From a virus (Duplodnaviria; Caudoviricetes): a stretch of 45,620 nt of DNA. Positions 9,642-19,046 of the stretch are shown piece after piece. The notes under the pieces are model-generated. The model had not been told where the DNA came from, made no database searches, and worked only from the letters and a program-made list of their open reading frames with translations. The DNA is taken from positions 1 to 45,620 of IMG/VR virus record IMGVR_UViG_3300025429_000002; one strand, written 5' to 3'. Position 1 is the first letter of the stretch. Each line of letters opens with the position of its first letter. The translations under genes were made by a program, and so were the position numbers.

Positions 9642-10007
9642 TTAACTAAACTGTACTTTAAAAGTAAACTGAATTGAATCTCCAGTATTTAAAGCAATAC
9701 CTGTAAAATCACCTTTAACAAACAAGTTACCAGATGTAGAAGCATCAAACAAACCAGCATTTGTGATTGTCTCAGTAGTGCCTGCAGTTTGTGTTGCTAC
9801 AACTTGAAAAGTGTCGTTAGTAGTTGATGTTGTTTGCTGTGTAACTGTGCCTGATACTCTAGGTGTTACCTCAGTAAATAATGTTGTATCAGTCGCTGCT
9901 GTTGTTCCTGTACCAGTTCCCCAAGCAACATATTGTGGTATTGTTCCACCACTGTTGAGACGGTTAGTAACAATAGCTTTGCCTGTATTTACGAGCAGTG
10001 TAGCCAT
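9642..10007 (-). CDS. Virion structural protein (collar/fiber-base type)
   Basis: VAWGTGT..AATDTTL.TE and ITNAGLFDASTSGNL..GDSIQFT motifs. Confidence 0.7.
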   Translation of the reverse strand: MATLLVNTGKAIVTNRLNSGGTIPQYVAWGTGTGTTAATDTTLFTEVTPRVSGTVTQQTTSTTNDTFQVVATQTAGTTETITNAGLFDASTSGNLFVKGDFTGIALNTGDSIQFTFKVQFS

Positions 10008-10147
10008 TTTTTAATTCTCCATAATATTCGTTTAATGAAGCTTTGGTGCCAATAGTCGATAGTGCCTAATTCTTCAACAGTACCGTCAGCACGAGTAATC
10101 GTAGCGACAAGTTGAATTTCTTTTGCGTAACTATTGGCAATCTGCAT
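9989..10147 (-). CDS. 52-aa hypothetical protein
   Basis: Manual translation MQIANSYAKEIQLVATITRADGTVEELGTIDYWHQSFIKRILWRIKKWLHCS; abuts both neighbours. Confidence 0.65.
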   Translation of the reverse strand: MQIANSYAKEIQLVATITRADGTVEELGTIDYWHQSFIKRILWRIKKWLHCS

Positions 10148-10552
10148 TTAAACTCCGATTTTAACCATTTCTAAAACTACTGAAAATACTAAAGGTGATG
10201 TACCTAAAGTAGTTGCATTATATCCAGAAGTTAATAGATTAATTTTACCTGTTACGCCAGCTCCACCGTTATCTTGTAGACCACCGAAGTTCCAGAAACT
10301 CATACGACCACGACCTGCTATAGGAAGAATATCAATAGGGGTTGATGCATCCCATTGTAGTCTTACTTCAAGAGGGTCTGAGATAGAATAATCTAAGTGA
10401 TCAATTCTAAATGAAGTAGGTTTTGGTGTGAAACTTGCGGGATCAACTACTACTGTAGAAGACACGTTACCCGTATCTAATACACCAGTAATTTTAACAA
10501 CAGCGTTGCGAGCACCGTCAACTAGGATTTGCGTATTGACTACGTTAGCCAT
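10148..10552 (-). CDS. Virion structural protein
   Basis: 134 aa, GGGG RBS, beta-rich, in the head operon. Confidence 0.65.
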   Translation of the reverse strand: MANVVNTQILVDGARNAVVKITGVLDTGNVSSTVVVDPASFTPKPTSFRIDHLDYSISDPLEVRLQWDASTPIDILPIAGRGRMSFWNFGGLQDNGGAGVTGKINLLTSGYNATTLGTSPLVFSVVLEMVKIGV

Positions 10553-10564
10553 ATTAGCCCCCTA

Positions 10565-11272
10565 TTAACGTGTAACTTCTTGAGCTACCCCAACAAAGTC
10601 CACTGTCATTGTTTCAGTTGCTGCTGGAGTAATCTCAAATACAGGTGACAATGTAGTATTAGTCAATGTAGTTGCAGAAGATCCAATAGTCGGTGAAGTT
10701 ATGCGTGTTTGTAATTGGTTGCCGGCATATACTAATAAATCAGTACCGTTATAATAGAAACCTAATTCTACATACGTGGCAGCAGTAACAGTTGTTAAAC
10801 CAGTAACTAAAGTAGTTGATGTAGAACCTACAACAGATACTAAGTTAATAGAAGATGAACTAGCTGCTTTGCTAAACCAAATACCGTCGTTAGCACTTGT
10901 TCCATTCTGTAAACCAACATAGAAAGAATCAGCACCTACGCCAGAAGCTTGAAAGCGAACTGTGTACCAAAAACGATTTCCTGATTGGAATTGAAAAGCT
11001 TGGCCATTTTTAGTCACAGTAGTTGCTGTGGTTGCTCCGCCTGGAGTAATGATTGCTACACCACCTACACCATTGGTTAAAGCAAAGGTTGAACTTGTAC
11101 CGGCAACAGCATAATCTGTACCGACAAGAGTGTTAAAATCATTTAAGTAGTTTGTGCTACCTAATGCTTGTGTGCTTCCAGTATGAAATGGATCTGGGAA
11201 TGGATAGCTGTGAAATATTTCATTTGTATAGGCTGTAGATAAGCCTGCGTATAATCTGGTTGGATTGCTCAT
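10565..11272 (-). CDS. Putative capsid decoration/lectin-like structural protein
   Basis: 235 aa, T/S/G-rich beta protein downstream of the major capsid gene. Confidence 0.6.
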   Translation of the reverse strand: MSNPTRLYAGLSTAYTNEIFHSYPFPDPFHTGSTQALGSTNYLNDFNTLVGTDYAVAGTSSTFALTNGVGGVAIITPGGATTATTVTKNGQAFQFQSGNRFWYTVRFQASGVGADSFYVGLQNGTSANDGIWFSKAASSSSINLVSVVGSTSTTLVTGLTTVTAATYVELGFYYNGTDLLVYAGNQLQTRITSPTIGSSATTLTNTTLSPVFEITPAATETMTVDFVGVAQEVTR

Positions 11273-11282
11273 TTTATGTGTT

Positions 11283-11320
11283 CCTTAACGTGAATGAGTT
11301 CACGCCCGAAGGCGTTAAGG
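11283..11320 (-). promoter_or_regulatory. Branched leader RNA occluding the Shine-Dalgarno of 10565..11272
   Basis: mRNA CCUUAA-CGCC(UUCG)GGCG-UGAA(CUCA)UUCA-CG-UUAAGG; the 3' arm holds the AAGGA RBS. Confidence 0.6.
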
Positions 11321-11329
11321 TTAAAAGTA

Positions 11330-11536
11330 TTACTTAGGTTTTTTTACTGATGCAACAGCAGTCATGCGTTTCTTTTTAACGCCAGACTCTTGTGCCCCTG
11401 ATGTCTCAGAAGCTTTTAAATCTTTCATGTCTTTTGCCATTTTCATAGCAGGAGGTGCTTTACCTTTCATACGATTCTTAGCAATACCTTTGGTAGGTGT
11501 TTTAATCGTAGGATTGGCTTTAGTAACTTTTTGCAT
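11330..11536 (-). CDS. Small Lys-rich basic protein
   Basis: 68 aa, GGAG RBS. Confidence 0.6.
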   Translation of the reverse strand: MQKVTKANPTIKTPTKGIAKNRMKGKAPPAMKMAKDMKDLKASETSGAQESGVKKKRMTAVASVKKPK

Positions 11537-11545
11537 ATTTGCTCC

Positions 11546-11590
11546 AAAAAAAGGTTAAGGAAGAGATTCTTTTGAAACCTCAACCTTAAC
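11546..11590 (-). terminator. Intrinsic terminator after the major capsid gene
   Basis: GUUAAGG...CCUUAAC stem followed by C and U7. Confidence 0.6.
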
Positions 11591-11593
11591 TCT

Positions 11594-11622
11594 ATTATAC
11601 CACTAATTTATAATTTTGTCAA
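11594..11622 (-). promoter_or_regulatory. Sigma70 promoter
   Basis: TTGACA-N17-TATAAT with extended -10 TG. Confidence 0.85.
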
Positions 11623-11667
11623 CCATTATTTTAACTATTATGGACCTTTTGAGCCATAAATAGTACA

Positions 11668-12582
11668 TTAAGGGCCATTTGATCCATAAATAGCACGTGG
11701 GTCTGTCCAGCCGAAGCTATAACGCTCGTAGCCTTTAGCCTTAGCATTCATGGTATCAAAATCATTGTCTTGATCAAACATGATGCCTACACGCTCATAA
11801 TACTTTAAGCCATTCATGATATTAGTTCTGATGAACCAAGCATGAGGAGCTGTCAAGTAATGGTTCATAACGATTCCTTCAGGGAATGCGTTAGTTGCTT
11901 TCAACACGTTAATGTCGTTGTTAGCAGAACCAGGTGTGTATACAGACTTCAGAATACGGTTAGAGTTATACCACTCTTGACGAGCAACAACTAAACTCTT
12001 AGGCATTACATTGATCAATAAACCACGATCATTTTGGAATCCCATAATAGCAATAGTTGCATCTTCTAAAGAGGCTTCAGAAAGGTCAACGTCAACAGTT
12101 GGTTTGTTTGCAAAAGTTCCACCAGATGTATTTGGGTGAGCTGTTGAGCAAAGAGGCTGTGCATCGCCACCAGTATAAGTGCTATTGAAAGCACGGTTAT
12201 AGATATTGGCAGCTACGTTTTCTTTAGTTTGACGGAAAGACATCGCTAAAGCAGCAGCACGACGCTTAGAGACGTTTTCATACAGATTATCGTCTAATTC
12301 TTCTTTAGTAACGATATAACCCAAAGCGTAAGCAATGTGTGTATAGCGTGTAACGAAGCCTTGAACTTCTGAATCATACTGAACGCCTTGGCCTTCAGGC
12401 TTAGTTTGTGCTAAACCGAAACCAGTTAATTGAACATCTTCTTCGTAATTCTGTGAAGAAGTATCTTTGTCGAAGAGATGAATATACTCTTCTGGGTGCT
12501 CGTCATAAACCTGACCCCACCAAGCTTTTACGCCAGGCCATAGGGCTTTTGGATGAGTACCAGTTGTAATTACACCAGCCAT
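11668..12582 (-). CDS. Major capsid protein (HK97 fold)
   Basis: KALWPGV..W.G, KPEGQGV.YD, YALGYIVTKE..DDNLY, ERYSFGWTDPR motifs; strong GGAG RBS. Confidence 0.9.
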   Translation of the reverse strand: MAGVITTGTHPKALWPGVKAWWGQVYDEHPEEYIHLFDKDTSSQNYEEDVQLTGFGLAQTKPEGQGVQYDSEVQGFVTRYTHIAYALGYIVTKEELDDNLYENVSKRRAAALAMSFRQTKENVAANIYNRAFNSTYTGGDAQPLCSTAHPNTSGGTFANKPTVDVDLSEASLEDATIAIMGFQNDRGLLINVMPKSLVVARQEWYNSNRILKSVYTPGSANNDINVLKATNAFPEGIVMNHYLTAPHAWFIRTNIMNGLKYYERVGIMFDQDNDFDTMNAKAKGYERYSFGWTDPRAIYGSNGP

Positions 12583-12598
12583 GTTTTATTCTCCTAAA

Positions 12599-13222
12599 TT
12601 AAGCAGTGCCTTGGGCTTGCTTGAATTGATGTCTATTAAAAATTACTTGTACGTCTGCATAAGCACCAGGTGCATTGTCAGGACGTTGAGTAATACCAAT
12701 AACTGTCAAAGGCAAAGCTAAAGAACCAGAAGATCCTTGTGCAAGCAATGAAGAACTGTTTAACACAGTAGAAGACAATGGGCTAGACTGAGACAATGAA
12801 GTCTGGTTAGCTGTAATTGTCATACCTGCATTTTTATTAACATCAGCAGCAGCAACGCCTGTAGCATCAGATTCAATAGAGAAAATGATGTTAGGATCAG
12901 TAACTACTTGTGCATAGCGTGTACCAGCAGAAAGATTTAAATAAATCTTAGTTAAATCTAAGTTAATACCCTGTAAAGAAACACCAGGATCTGCAACACG
13001 AATACCAACGATAACTCCAACTGGAATATCGGTAGTAGCTGCTTTAATACAATACGGAACGCCATTTGTATCGGAACCGGTTGCGAGCTTTACTACATCG
13101 CCAATAGCGTATGTGTTTGAAGTGTCGGAAGCGATAGCGTACAATTGGCCCTGTTCATTGAAGGGTGCACCAGTAAGTGTTCCTACTGGAGACAACCCAC
13201 GTGGGCTATTTGTGTTTGCCAT
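12599..13222 (-). CDS. Minor capsid/cement protein
   Basis: MAN..SPRGL.PV..IGDVVKL start; directly upstream of the major capsid gene. Confidence 0.65.
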   Translation of the reverse strand: MANTNSPRGLSPVGTLTGAPFNEQGQLYAIASDTSNTYAIGDVVKLATGSDTNGVPYCIKAATTDIPVGVIVGIRVADPGVSLQGINLDLTKIYLNLSAGTRYAQVVTDPNIIFSIESDATGVAAADVNKNAGMTITANQTSLSQSSPLSSTVLNSSSLLAQGSSGSLALPLTVIGITQRPDNAPGAYADVQVIFNRHQFKQAQGTA

Positions 13223-13242
13223 TTAATAAAACTCCTTATGGA

Positions 13243-13701
13243 TTAATATTTAATTCCAGCATTGTAGAAGCCTTCTGATGACATTCCATCACCAGTTAAT
13301 TTACCTCCACGAATTGCTGCGTCTGTTTTATCGTTCCTGATCTGTAGTTCCTTTTGATCTTCTAACCACCACTCTTCTTTAATCTTCATTAAATAAGCGT
13401 ACTGTGGTTCACCGTCTTGAGAGCCTACTAAGAACCGAACCTTATCTCCTAAATCCGTATTACGAGAAGTTACATTCTCTGTAACACCACCTACCTCGTC
13501 GGGATGGACAAACTCATACCCCGTATCTAATGATGCTTGGATTCTTCCTGGCGTATCATTAAAAATATGCAAGTGAAAACCTGGTATAGATTTTCCTACT
13601 TGTAACTTCCCACGAGTCCCGTTAAATGCACCACGTTGGCGTGGACGCTCTACCTTAGTAGACTCTGTAGTAGTTTTGTTTTCACGTTTAGTATCAGTCA
13701 T
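13243..13701 (-). CDS. Head-module protein
   Basis: PGFHLHIFND..GRI....GYEFV..LMKIKEEWW; lies between scaffold and capsid genes. Confidence 0.65.
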   Translation of the reverse strand: MTDTKRENKTTTESTKVERPRQRGAFNGTRGKLQVGKSIPGFHLHIFNDTPGRIQASLDTGYEFVHPDEVGGVTENVTSRNTDLGDKVRFLVGSQDGEPQYAYLMKIKEEWWLEDQKELQIRNDKTDAAIRGGKLTGDGMSSEGFYNAGIKY

Positions 13702-13711
13702 TCCTATCTCC

Positions 13712-14083
13712 TTATTCCTTAATATTTGAAAAATTGCTTAAATAATCTATTGCTGTTTGTAATATATTTATATTATCTTTAAATTTACCAAGTCCATGAT
13801 TGCAATGTGTACAAAGTAACCCTCTAACTTTTTTAGTAACATGACAGTGATCTACAGCTAATTGGCGAATGTTTCCACTTCTTTTATCAATAGCTGTTTC
13901 TGGCTGTTTACAGATAGCACATAGACCTTTTTGATTTTCAAACATTTGTTTAAATTCATCACGTGTAATACCGTATCTATAAACTAATTGCCATTCATTA
14001 TCGTACTGTTTTCGTTTTTCTTTGTTTTTTTCGTACCATTTTTTCCATTGAGCTGCTGCTTTAATTTTGTCACGAGTAGACAT
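13712..14083 (-). CDS. Endonuclease VII-family HNH nuclease, probable homing endonuclease
   Basis: YGIT..Q.GLCAIC..LAVDHCH..VRGLLC..CN.GLG.FKD; ATG at 14083 preferred over TTG at 14110. Confidence 0.88.
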   Translation of the reverse strand: MSTRDKIKAAAQWKKWYEKNKEKRKQYDNEWQLVYRYGITRDEFKQMFENQKGLCAICKQPETAIDKRSGNIRQLAVDHCHVTKKVRGLLCTHCNHGLGKFKDNINILQTAIDYLSNFSNIKE

Positions 14084-14084
14084 A

Positions 14085-14912
14085 TTAATCCCAATCGTAA
14101 TCCGCAACATACTGCTCTCTAGTCATCAACCCTTGTTTTGTGAATCGGTCACATGCTGCTTTTGCTTCAGGTGGCAAACTGTTGTAAGACTTCTTACCAC
14201 CAGTTACCGGTCTTGTGTTTGTACTAGATGTACCTTCCATTGGATTTGGTGTCTTTTTCTTACCAAACTTTTCAGGAATCATTTCAGCTAGTTCTTCATC
14301 TAATTTCTTTAAGAAAGCTTCACCGATTAGGGAAGGATTCTCACGACGAAGTTCAACTCCAAGGCTGTTAGCTACTGCAGTCATTTTTGTATCTTTACCA
14401 AACCAGTCGTTACGGTCAATCCATGCGTTAAGCATTGGGTCTTCTGTAATCTGTGGCGTAGCCTTAGCTGCTTCTTCTGCTTTTTTAACTTCTGCCTTTG
14501 CTTCAAGACGCTCTTCTTTAATAGCATCCATTGCATCGTCAATCGCTAAAACTCGATCACCGTCACCAGTGTTGATTGCATCACGTTTAGCCATTTTCAA
14601 TTGTTCTAGTTGAGTTTCAAGATCTTTACTCTTACGCTCATACTGTTCTTTTTGAAACTGTTTAAACTCTAGTGCAGCTTCACGAGCCTCATTAGCAGCT
14701 TTTTTTGCTTCAGCTAATTCTTTAAGCAATTTCTCATTGTTCTTACGTAAGATTGGCATAATCTCTCTACCACGACGTACAAACGTCTCAGCATCAACCC
14801 AATCATTCTCAGAACCTCTAAAATCATCCTTTGGTACCCAACCTTGTGCTTTCGCTTCGGATTCGTACTCAGGAGCTTCTTGCTGTTGCTCTACTACCTG
14901 TTCATCGCTCAT
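14085..14912 (-). CDS. Capsid scaffolding protein
   Basis: E/K/A-rich coiled coil, W..RN.WF motif, between portal and capsid genes. Confidence 0.75.
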   Translation of the reverse strand: MSDEQVVEQQQEAPEYESEAKAQGWVPKDDFRGSENDWVDAETFVRRGREIMPILRKNNEKLLKELAEAKKAANEAREAALEFKQFQKEQYERKSKDLETQLEQLKMAKRDAINTGDGDRVLAIDDAMDAIKEERLEAKAEVKKAEEAAKATPQITEDPMLNAWIDRNDWFGKDTKMTAVANSLGVELRRENPSLIGEAFLKKLDEELAEMIPEKFGKKKTPNPMEGTSSTNTRPVTGGKKSYNSLPPEAKAACDRFTKQGLMTREQYVADYDWD

Positions 14913-15253
14913 TACTTTAATCCCTTAGTTAAATGTGGATCTACTAAATCCATATCATCATCTAGCTTACCTGTCAAATCATCGTAGTTCACCATACGGT
15001 AGCCTTTTTTATCTTTACCGGTATACATTAAACCTGCATACTTAGCAAAAATAACTTTATCGCCTACTGCCACAATACCTGCTGGAATTTCTTCGCCTAG
15101 TGCTACAATCTGACCTGTAGTGTTTGCTAACTGTTCTCTTTCGGAAGCTTCTTCAGTGTTTAACTGAAAACCCCATTCTGTTTTTTCAACTACCTGTAAC
15201 GGTAGAATTAAAACTCTGTCAAAGATTGGTGTTATTCCTGATGGATTAATCAT
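14912..15253 (-). CDS. GroES-like co-chaperonin
   Basis: PIFDRVLI..GQIVALG..VGDKVIFAKYAG Cpn10 signature. Confidence 0.85.
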   Translation of the reverse strand: MINPSGITPIFDRVLILPLQVVEKTEWGFQLNTEEASEREQLANTTGQIVALGEEIPAGIVAVGDKVIFAKYAGLMYTGKDKKGYRMVNYDDLTGKLDDDMDLVDPHLTKGLK

Positions 15254-15470
15254 CTTTTCTCTCCTTTACTGCATGCATCAATTCCTCATAAGTAATTCTT
15301 AGAATCTCTGTAACTGCTGCGGCACGTCCTCTAATGTTGTCATCATTCTCTGTACCCGCTAAGAGCATCTCTTTAAGATATTCTCTTTCGTTATTTAAGC
15401 CCTTCATAAATGCTTCTGTTACTCTTGACTTTTTCCATTCTAAAAACTCTTGCTCTGTTACTACTATCAT
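15246..15470 (-). CDS. Small helical protein after the portal
   Basis: EFLEWK...VT..F..RG pattern; overlaps the next gene. Confidence 0.65.
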   Translation of the reverse strand: MIVVTEQEFLEWKKSRVTEAFMKGLNNEREYLKEMLLAGTENDDNIRGRAAAVTEILRITYEELMHAVKERKDD

Positions 15471-15485
15471 TTACTTCCTCCTTGT

Positions 15486-17528
15486 TTACATCTGTGGTTC
15501 TTGTGATTCCTTTTCTCCAAAGTGTCCTAGATCAGTCATATGCTTTTCTAAGTCCATCATTGTTTTTAATGCACTTTGTATTCCATCTTGTTTTGCTCTA
15601 GCAGCACCAATCTGTGCGTCTATCATAGCAATCTCATGTCCTGTTTGTACACCACCAGCTTGTTCCACAGCAAGGATAGCTTCAGCTTCCAGCTTGTGAA
15701 TCTTAGCTTGTTGGAGTTCAACATCTTTCATCATCTTCATCATTGCAAGCTTAGTCTGAATCTGCATATCCATCTGCTTAGTCTGCATACGCATTTGTTC
15801 AATTTGTACCTTCTCGCTAGGTCCTGGTTTGATTGCTTTAGGTCCTTGTGGGTCAGGTAGCACAGCTTCAATATTAGGTACCTTCATTGCCTTGAGGTAC
15901 ATCTTCTGTACTTCATACATATTCATACCAGGTGTTGTTCCTGCAAGCTGTAACAGTGCTGTAGCTTGTTGTACACGCTGTGTATCAGAAACAATATTAG
16001 GATCTGCACTTGGGCGTACATCAGATACTGGACCTAAGTAGTCATCAGCATCAATAAAGTTTTTACCACCTTGACTGTTGTAGTCTTCAATGCCTTGTAG
16101 ATATAGTTGGTTAAGTCGGTACATCTTTCTAAACTCATCACGTAAACTTCTGTAGGTACGTTTAAAGATACCTGAGAAGATTTTCATTCCTTGTTCAGCC
16201 ATTGTTCTTGTTGTTTCAGCCGCTGTATTCTGTCCCGGATTTTGGCCTGACAGTATGTCGACAGAACCACCAATACGCTCACCGTAGTTGATGAGAAGAT
16301 TAAGAAGAGTAAAGAGTACTTGAGAAGGCTCTCTAACAGGCAAAGGCATGATACCTTTACGGAGATCATCTCCTGTTGAGTCAACATGTTTCCACTCCAA
16401 AGGTGCAAAGTTATAATTACCGCCTCTTAGTTTGATTCCCCTAGAAAGGAATCCACCTGCTGTATTTGCCATTGTGCCAGCATCAATGAGTTGGTTAAGC
16501 AAAGTGTCGATGCTTTGATTAAGGGGTCCCAATAAGACTCCAAATCCCAAATCATAAAATCCACCATCTGGGGAAGGGATGAAAGGAAATTTTGTAAAAT
16601 AGTTTTCTGATTTGATTCTGAGAACATTGCCCTTATTGTCCTTCTCAATAGAATTTTTAAAGTATCTTGCAACAATACGTAAGATGTTTTTGTTATCACG
16701 ACGCATCCATACGATGTACGGTTCTGCGTAACCATCGCCATCAAAGTCAATATAGCAGTGCTGTTCTAAGATTTCATATGGTGTGCTGTCATCAATCGAT
16801 TCAGGTGCATTAAGTCCTTGTGCCTTGTTCTGAGCTAATTTAAGACCTGTTTGTGGGACCGCTGAAGGACGTGATTCATCAAACTCAATAAACAGTCCAC
16901 GAGCAACACGCTCATAGATGTCATTGGAACTAAAGTACTGTACGTGCGTAATACGAGGAGCATCTTCTAAGTTCTTGGTCCAGTAGTTAACGACAAAGTC
17001 TTTAGCAAGAATGTTTTCTGATACGTTATGTTTTTTAATTGGATCAAAGAATGTCTTTTTAAACGCACAACCAACAATCGGCTGTGAGATTAAGACACGA
17101 TCCATCTCGGATTCCCAGTTCTCATCTTCTTCAAGAATCTGGTATGACATGTGGTTACCAACACGTTCTGCCCTAGCATACTTCTCACCGGTAGGATCTT
17201 CACCGTATGTACGGCAATGTACAGGAGTCTCACCGTTAATGAGGACAGGGTAGCTACGTGCATGGTACTGCAGAGCTGCAATAGTAATTAAAGGGAACTT
17301 GACGTTAGAAGCACCTGGCCAAGGAAACGACTTAGCCTCTGCTACTTGCAAAGCAAGCTTCATCGAGTCTTCGGTACGTTTCTCCCAAGCAGAACGAGAA
17401 TTAATGTCTGTCTCAAAGTTCTTATGGATGTTATAACTGATTGTTGTTAAATCGTCCTTTTCCAATATCTCAGCGATATTAGGCATAGAAACGAGGTCAT
17501 CTAAGTTATAAGTATTTTTTAATTTCAT
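15486..17528 (-). CDS. Portal protein (P22-like)
   Basis: 680 aa after TerL; PWPGASN, GCAFKK, FYDLG.G, Q/M-rich helical C-terminus. Confidence 0.9.
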   Translation of the reverse strand: MKLKNTYNLDDLVSMPNIAEILEKDDLTTISYNIHKNFETDINSRSAWEKRTEDSMKLALQVAEAKSFPWPGASNVKFPLITIAALQYHARSYPVLINGETPVHCRTYGEDPTGEKYARAERVGNHMSYQILEEDENWESEMDRVLISQPIVGCAFKKTFFDPIKKHNVSENILAKDFVVNYWTKNLEDAPRITHVQYFSSNDIYERVARGLFIEFDESRPSAVPQTGLKLAQNKAQGLNAPESIDDSTPYEILEQHCYIDFDGDGYAEPYIVWMRRDNKNILRIVARYFKNSIEKDNKGNVLRIKSENYFTKFPFIPSPDGGFYDLGFGVLLGPLNQSIDTLLNQLIDAGTMANTAGGFLSRGIKLRGGNYNFAPLEWKHVDSTGDDLRKGIMPLPVREPSQVLFTLLNLLINYGERIGGSVDILSGQNPGQNTAAETTRTMAEQGMKIFSGIFKRTYRSLRDEFRKMYRLNQLYLQGIEDYNSQGGKNFIDADDYLGPVSDVRPSADPNIVSDTQRVQQATALLQLAGTTPGMNMYEVQKMYLKAMKVPNIEAVLPDPQGPKAIKPGPSEKVQIEQMRMQTKQMDMQIQTKLAMMKMMKDVELQQAKIHKLEAEAILAVEQAGGVQTGHEIAMIDAQIGAARAKQDGIQSALKTMMDLEKHMTDLGHFGEKESQEPQM

Positions 17529-19046
17529 CTAGTATCCGGTTGTTCCGTTTCGACCTATTTCGTCGTATCCATATTCATGTAAGGCAAACCTGTACTCTTC
17601 GTCCTCTAGTTCTTTTGGTGTAGCTGCTTCCATCATTTTGTCGATCATCAAACCTATATAAGCCCAGGCGTCAACCTGATCATCATGACGGTCACGAGGA
17701 AACCTCAACAGCTCATCCTTAAACACTTGGAACCAATCGCTATGTGTATCAAACTTTACACCACCCGCTCTCATTCGTGCTTGCATACTACGTGCTCTAC
17801 TTAGTTTATCTCCGCTAGGCTTAAGCAGAATTAAATTAACAAAAACACCAGTTTTAAGCATCGCTTCTTTTAAGTAGGGTCCGATACTCTTTTCAATTGT
17901 TCCAACTTCAAGGCCGAAGAGTTCTGGTTCGTAAGTTCGCTGTAACGCTAAAATGGTATCAACAATCTGTTTAGCATCCATCCTATCACGGATTACGTTT
18001 ACGCATTGCAAACGATTCTGATCGTCCATTCCAGCTACAGCGAATACAGTATAATCACTATGTTGCCTTTGACTAATCGCTAAGTCAGCAGCAATATAAT
18101 AATTCAATTTTACTTTTCTATCTTCATCTTTAAGTGGTACAAAATCACTGTCTTTAAAGAATCCATTTGCATCATCAAGAGGAATATTCAACATCTCCTG
18201 ACTATACGCATCAGCAAGACCTTGCATGATGTATTGGTTCTTACGCTCTATTAGAGACTGCTTATTCCATCTGTCTGGCCATAAGATGCTATTAAAGTCA
18301 TCTGTATGGGCACGGTACTTAATTGATGTCCAAGGTGTCTTATAACTTGTAAACTGTTTTAAATCTTGTGTGATTAAGTGTTTAAGACCTTTAGAACCTA
18401 ATGCAGCAAGTTGTGACTCAGGCATTAATCGTTCTAAGAGTGAGTCTAAGTGTAAGATGGTACCTACGATTCTAATCTTACCGGTCACTGACAAACAAGG
18501 TATCAATGCTGAGTAGAACCACCTACGAAACTTCTCACGTCTTTCTTTATTCAGAACCTGTTCATCAGATTCCATATCATCACAGATAATTAAATCAGGT
18601 CTTCGGTTTAACCATTTAAGACCACGAAGCTTTTGTTCTGAACCTTTAGCTTGGATACGAAAAACAAATCCATCACTGAATTTACATATTATATCATCTT
18701 CTGTAGACTTTGTAAACTCTATGTCACCAAATAATCCATGTATGTCTTCGTTATCTCTTAACTCTTTAATTACATCACCCAAGAACAATCCAGCTTGAGA
18801 AAATGAATCTGAGACAATTAACACATAACGAGACTTACGAAACAACACCTCAGCTAACAAATACGCATACGTTACTGCTGTAGACTTACCATGTCCACGT
18901 GGTGCCGCTATAGCAACAAACTTATCCTGGTGGCAACAGTAACGCCACAACTCACGATGGAACTCAGGAGTCTCTGTAGCTTGGTCATAGTTCTTGACAA
19001 GACAGGCATTACTGAATCCTTCGATAACATCACTGGTTAATTCCAT
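17529..19046 (-). CDS. terL: Terminase large subunit
   Basis: Walker A APRGHGKST, Walker B IICDD, nuclease motifs AADLA and HDDQVDA. Confidence 0.95.
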   Translation of the reverse strand: MELTSDVIEGFSNACLVKNYDQATETPEFHRELWRYCCHQDKFVAIAAPRGHGKSTAVTYAYLLAEVLFRKSRYVLIVSDSFSQAGLFLGDVIKELRDNEDIHGLFGDIEFTKSTEDDIICKFSDGFVFRIQAKGSEQKLRGLKWLNRRPDLIICDDMESDEQVLNKERREKFRRWFYSALIPCLSVTGKIRIVGTILHLDSLLERLMPESQLAALGSKGLKHLITQDLKQFTSYKTPWTSIKYRAHTDDFNSILWPDRWNKQSLIERKNQYIMQGLADAYSQEMLNIPLDDANGFFKDSDFVPLKDEDRKVKLNYYIAADLAISQRQHSDYTVFAVAGMDDQNRLQCVNVIRDRMDAKQIVDTILALQRTYEPELFGLEVGTIEKSIGPYLKEAMLKTGVFVNLILLKPSGDKLSRARSMQARMRAGGVKFDTHSDWFQVFKDELLRFPRDRHDDQVDAWAYIGLMIDKMMEAATPKELEDEEYRFALHEYGYDEIGRNGTTGY

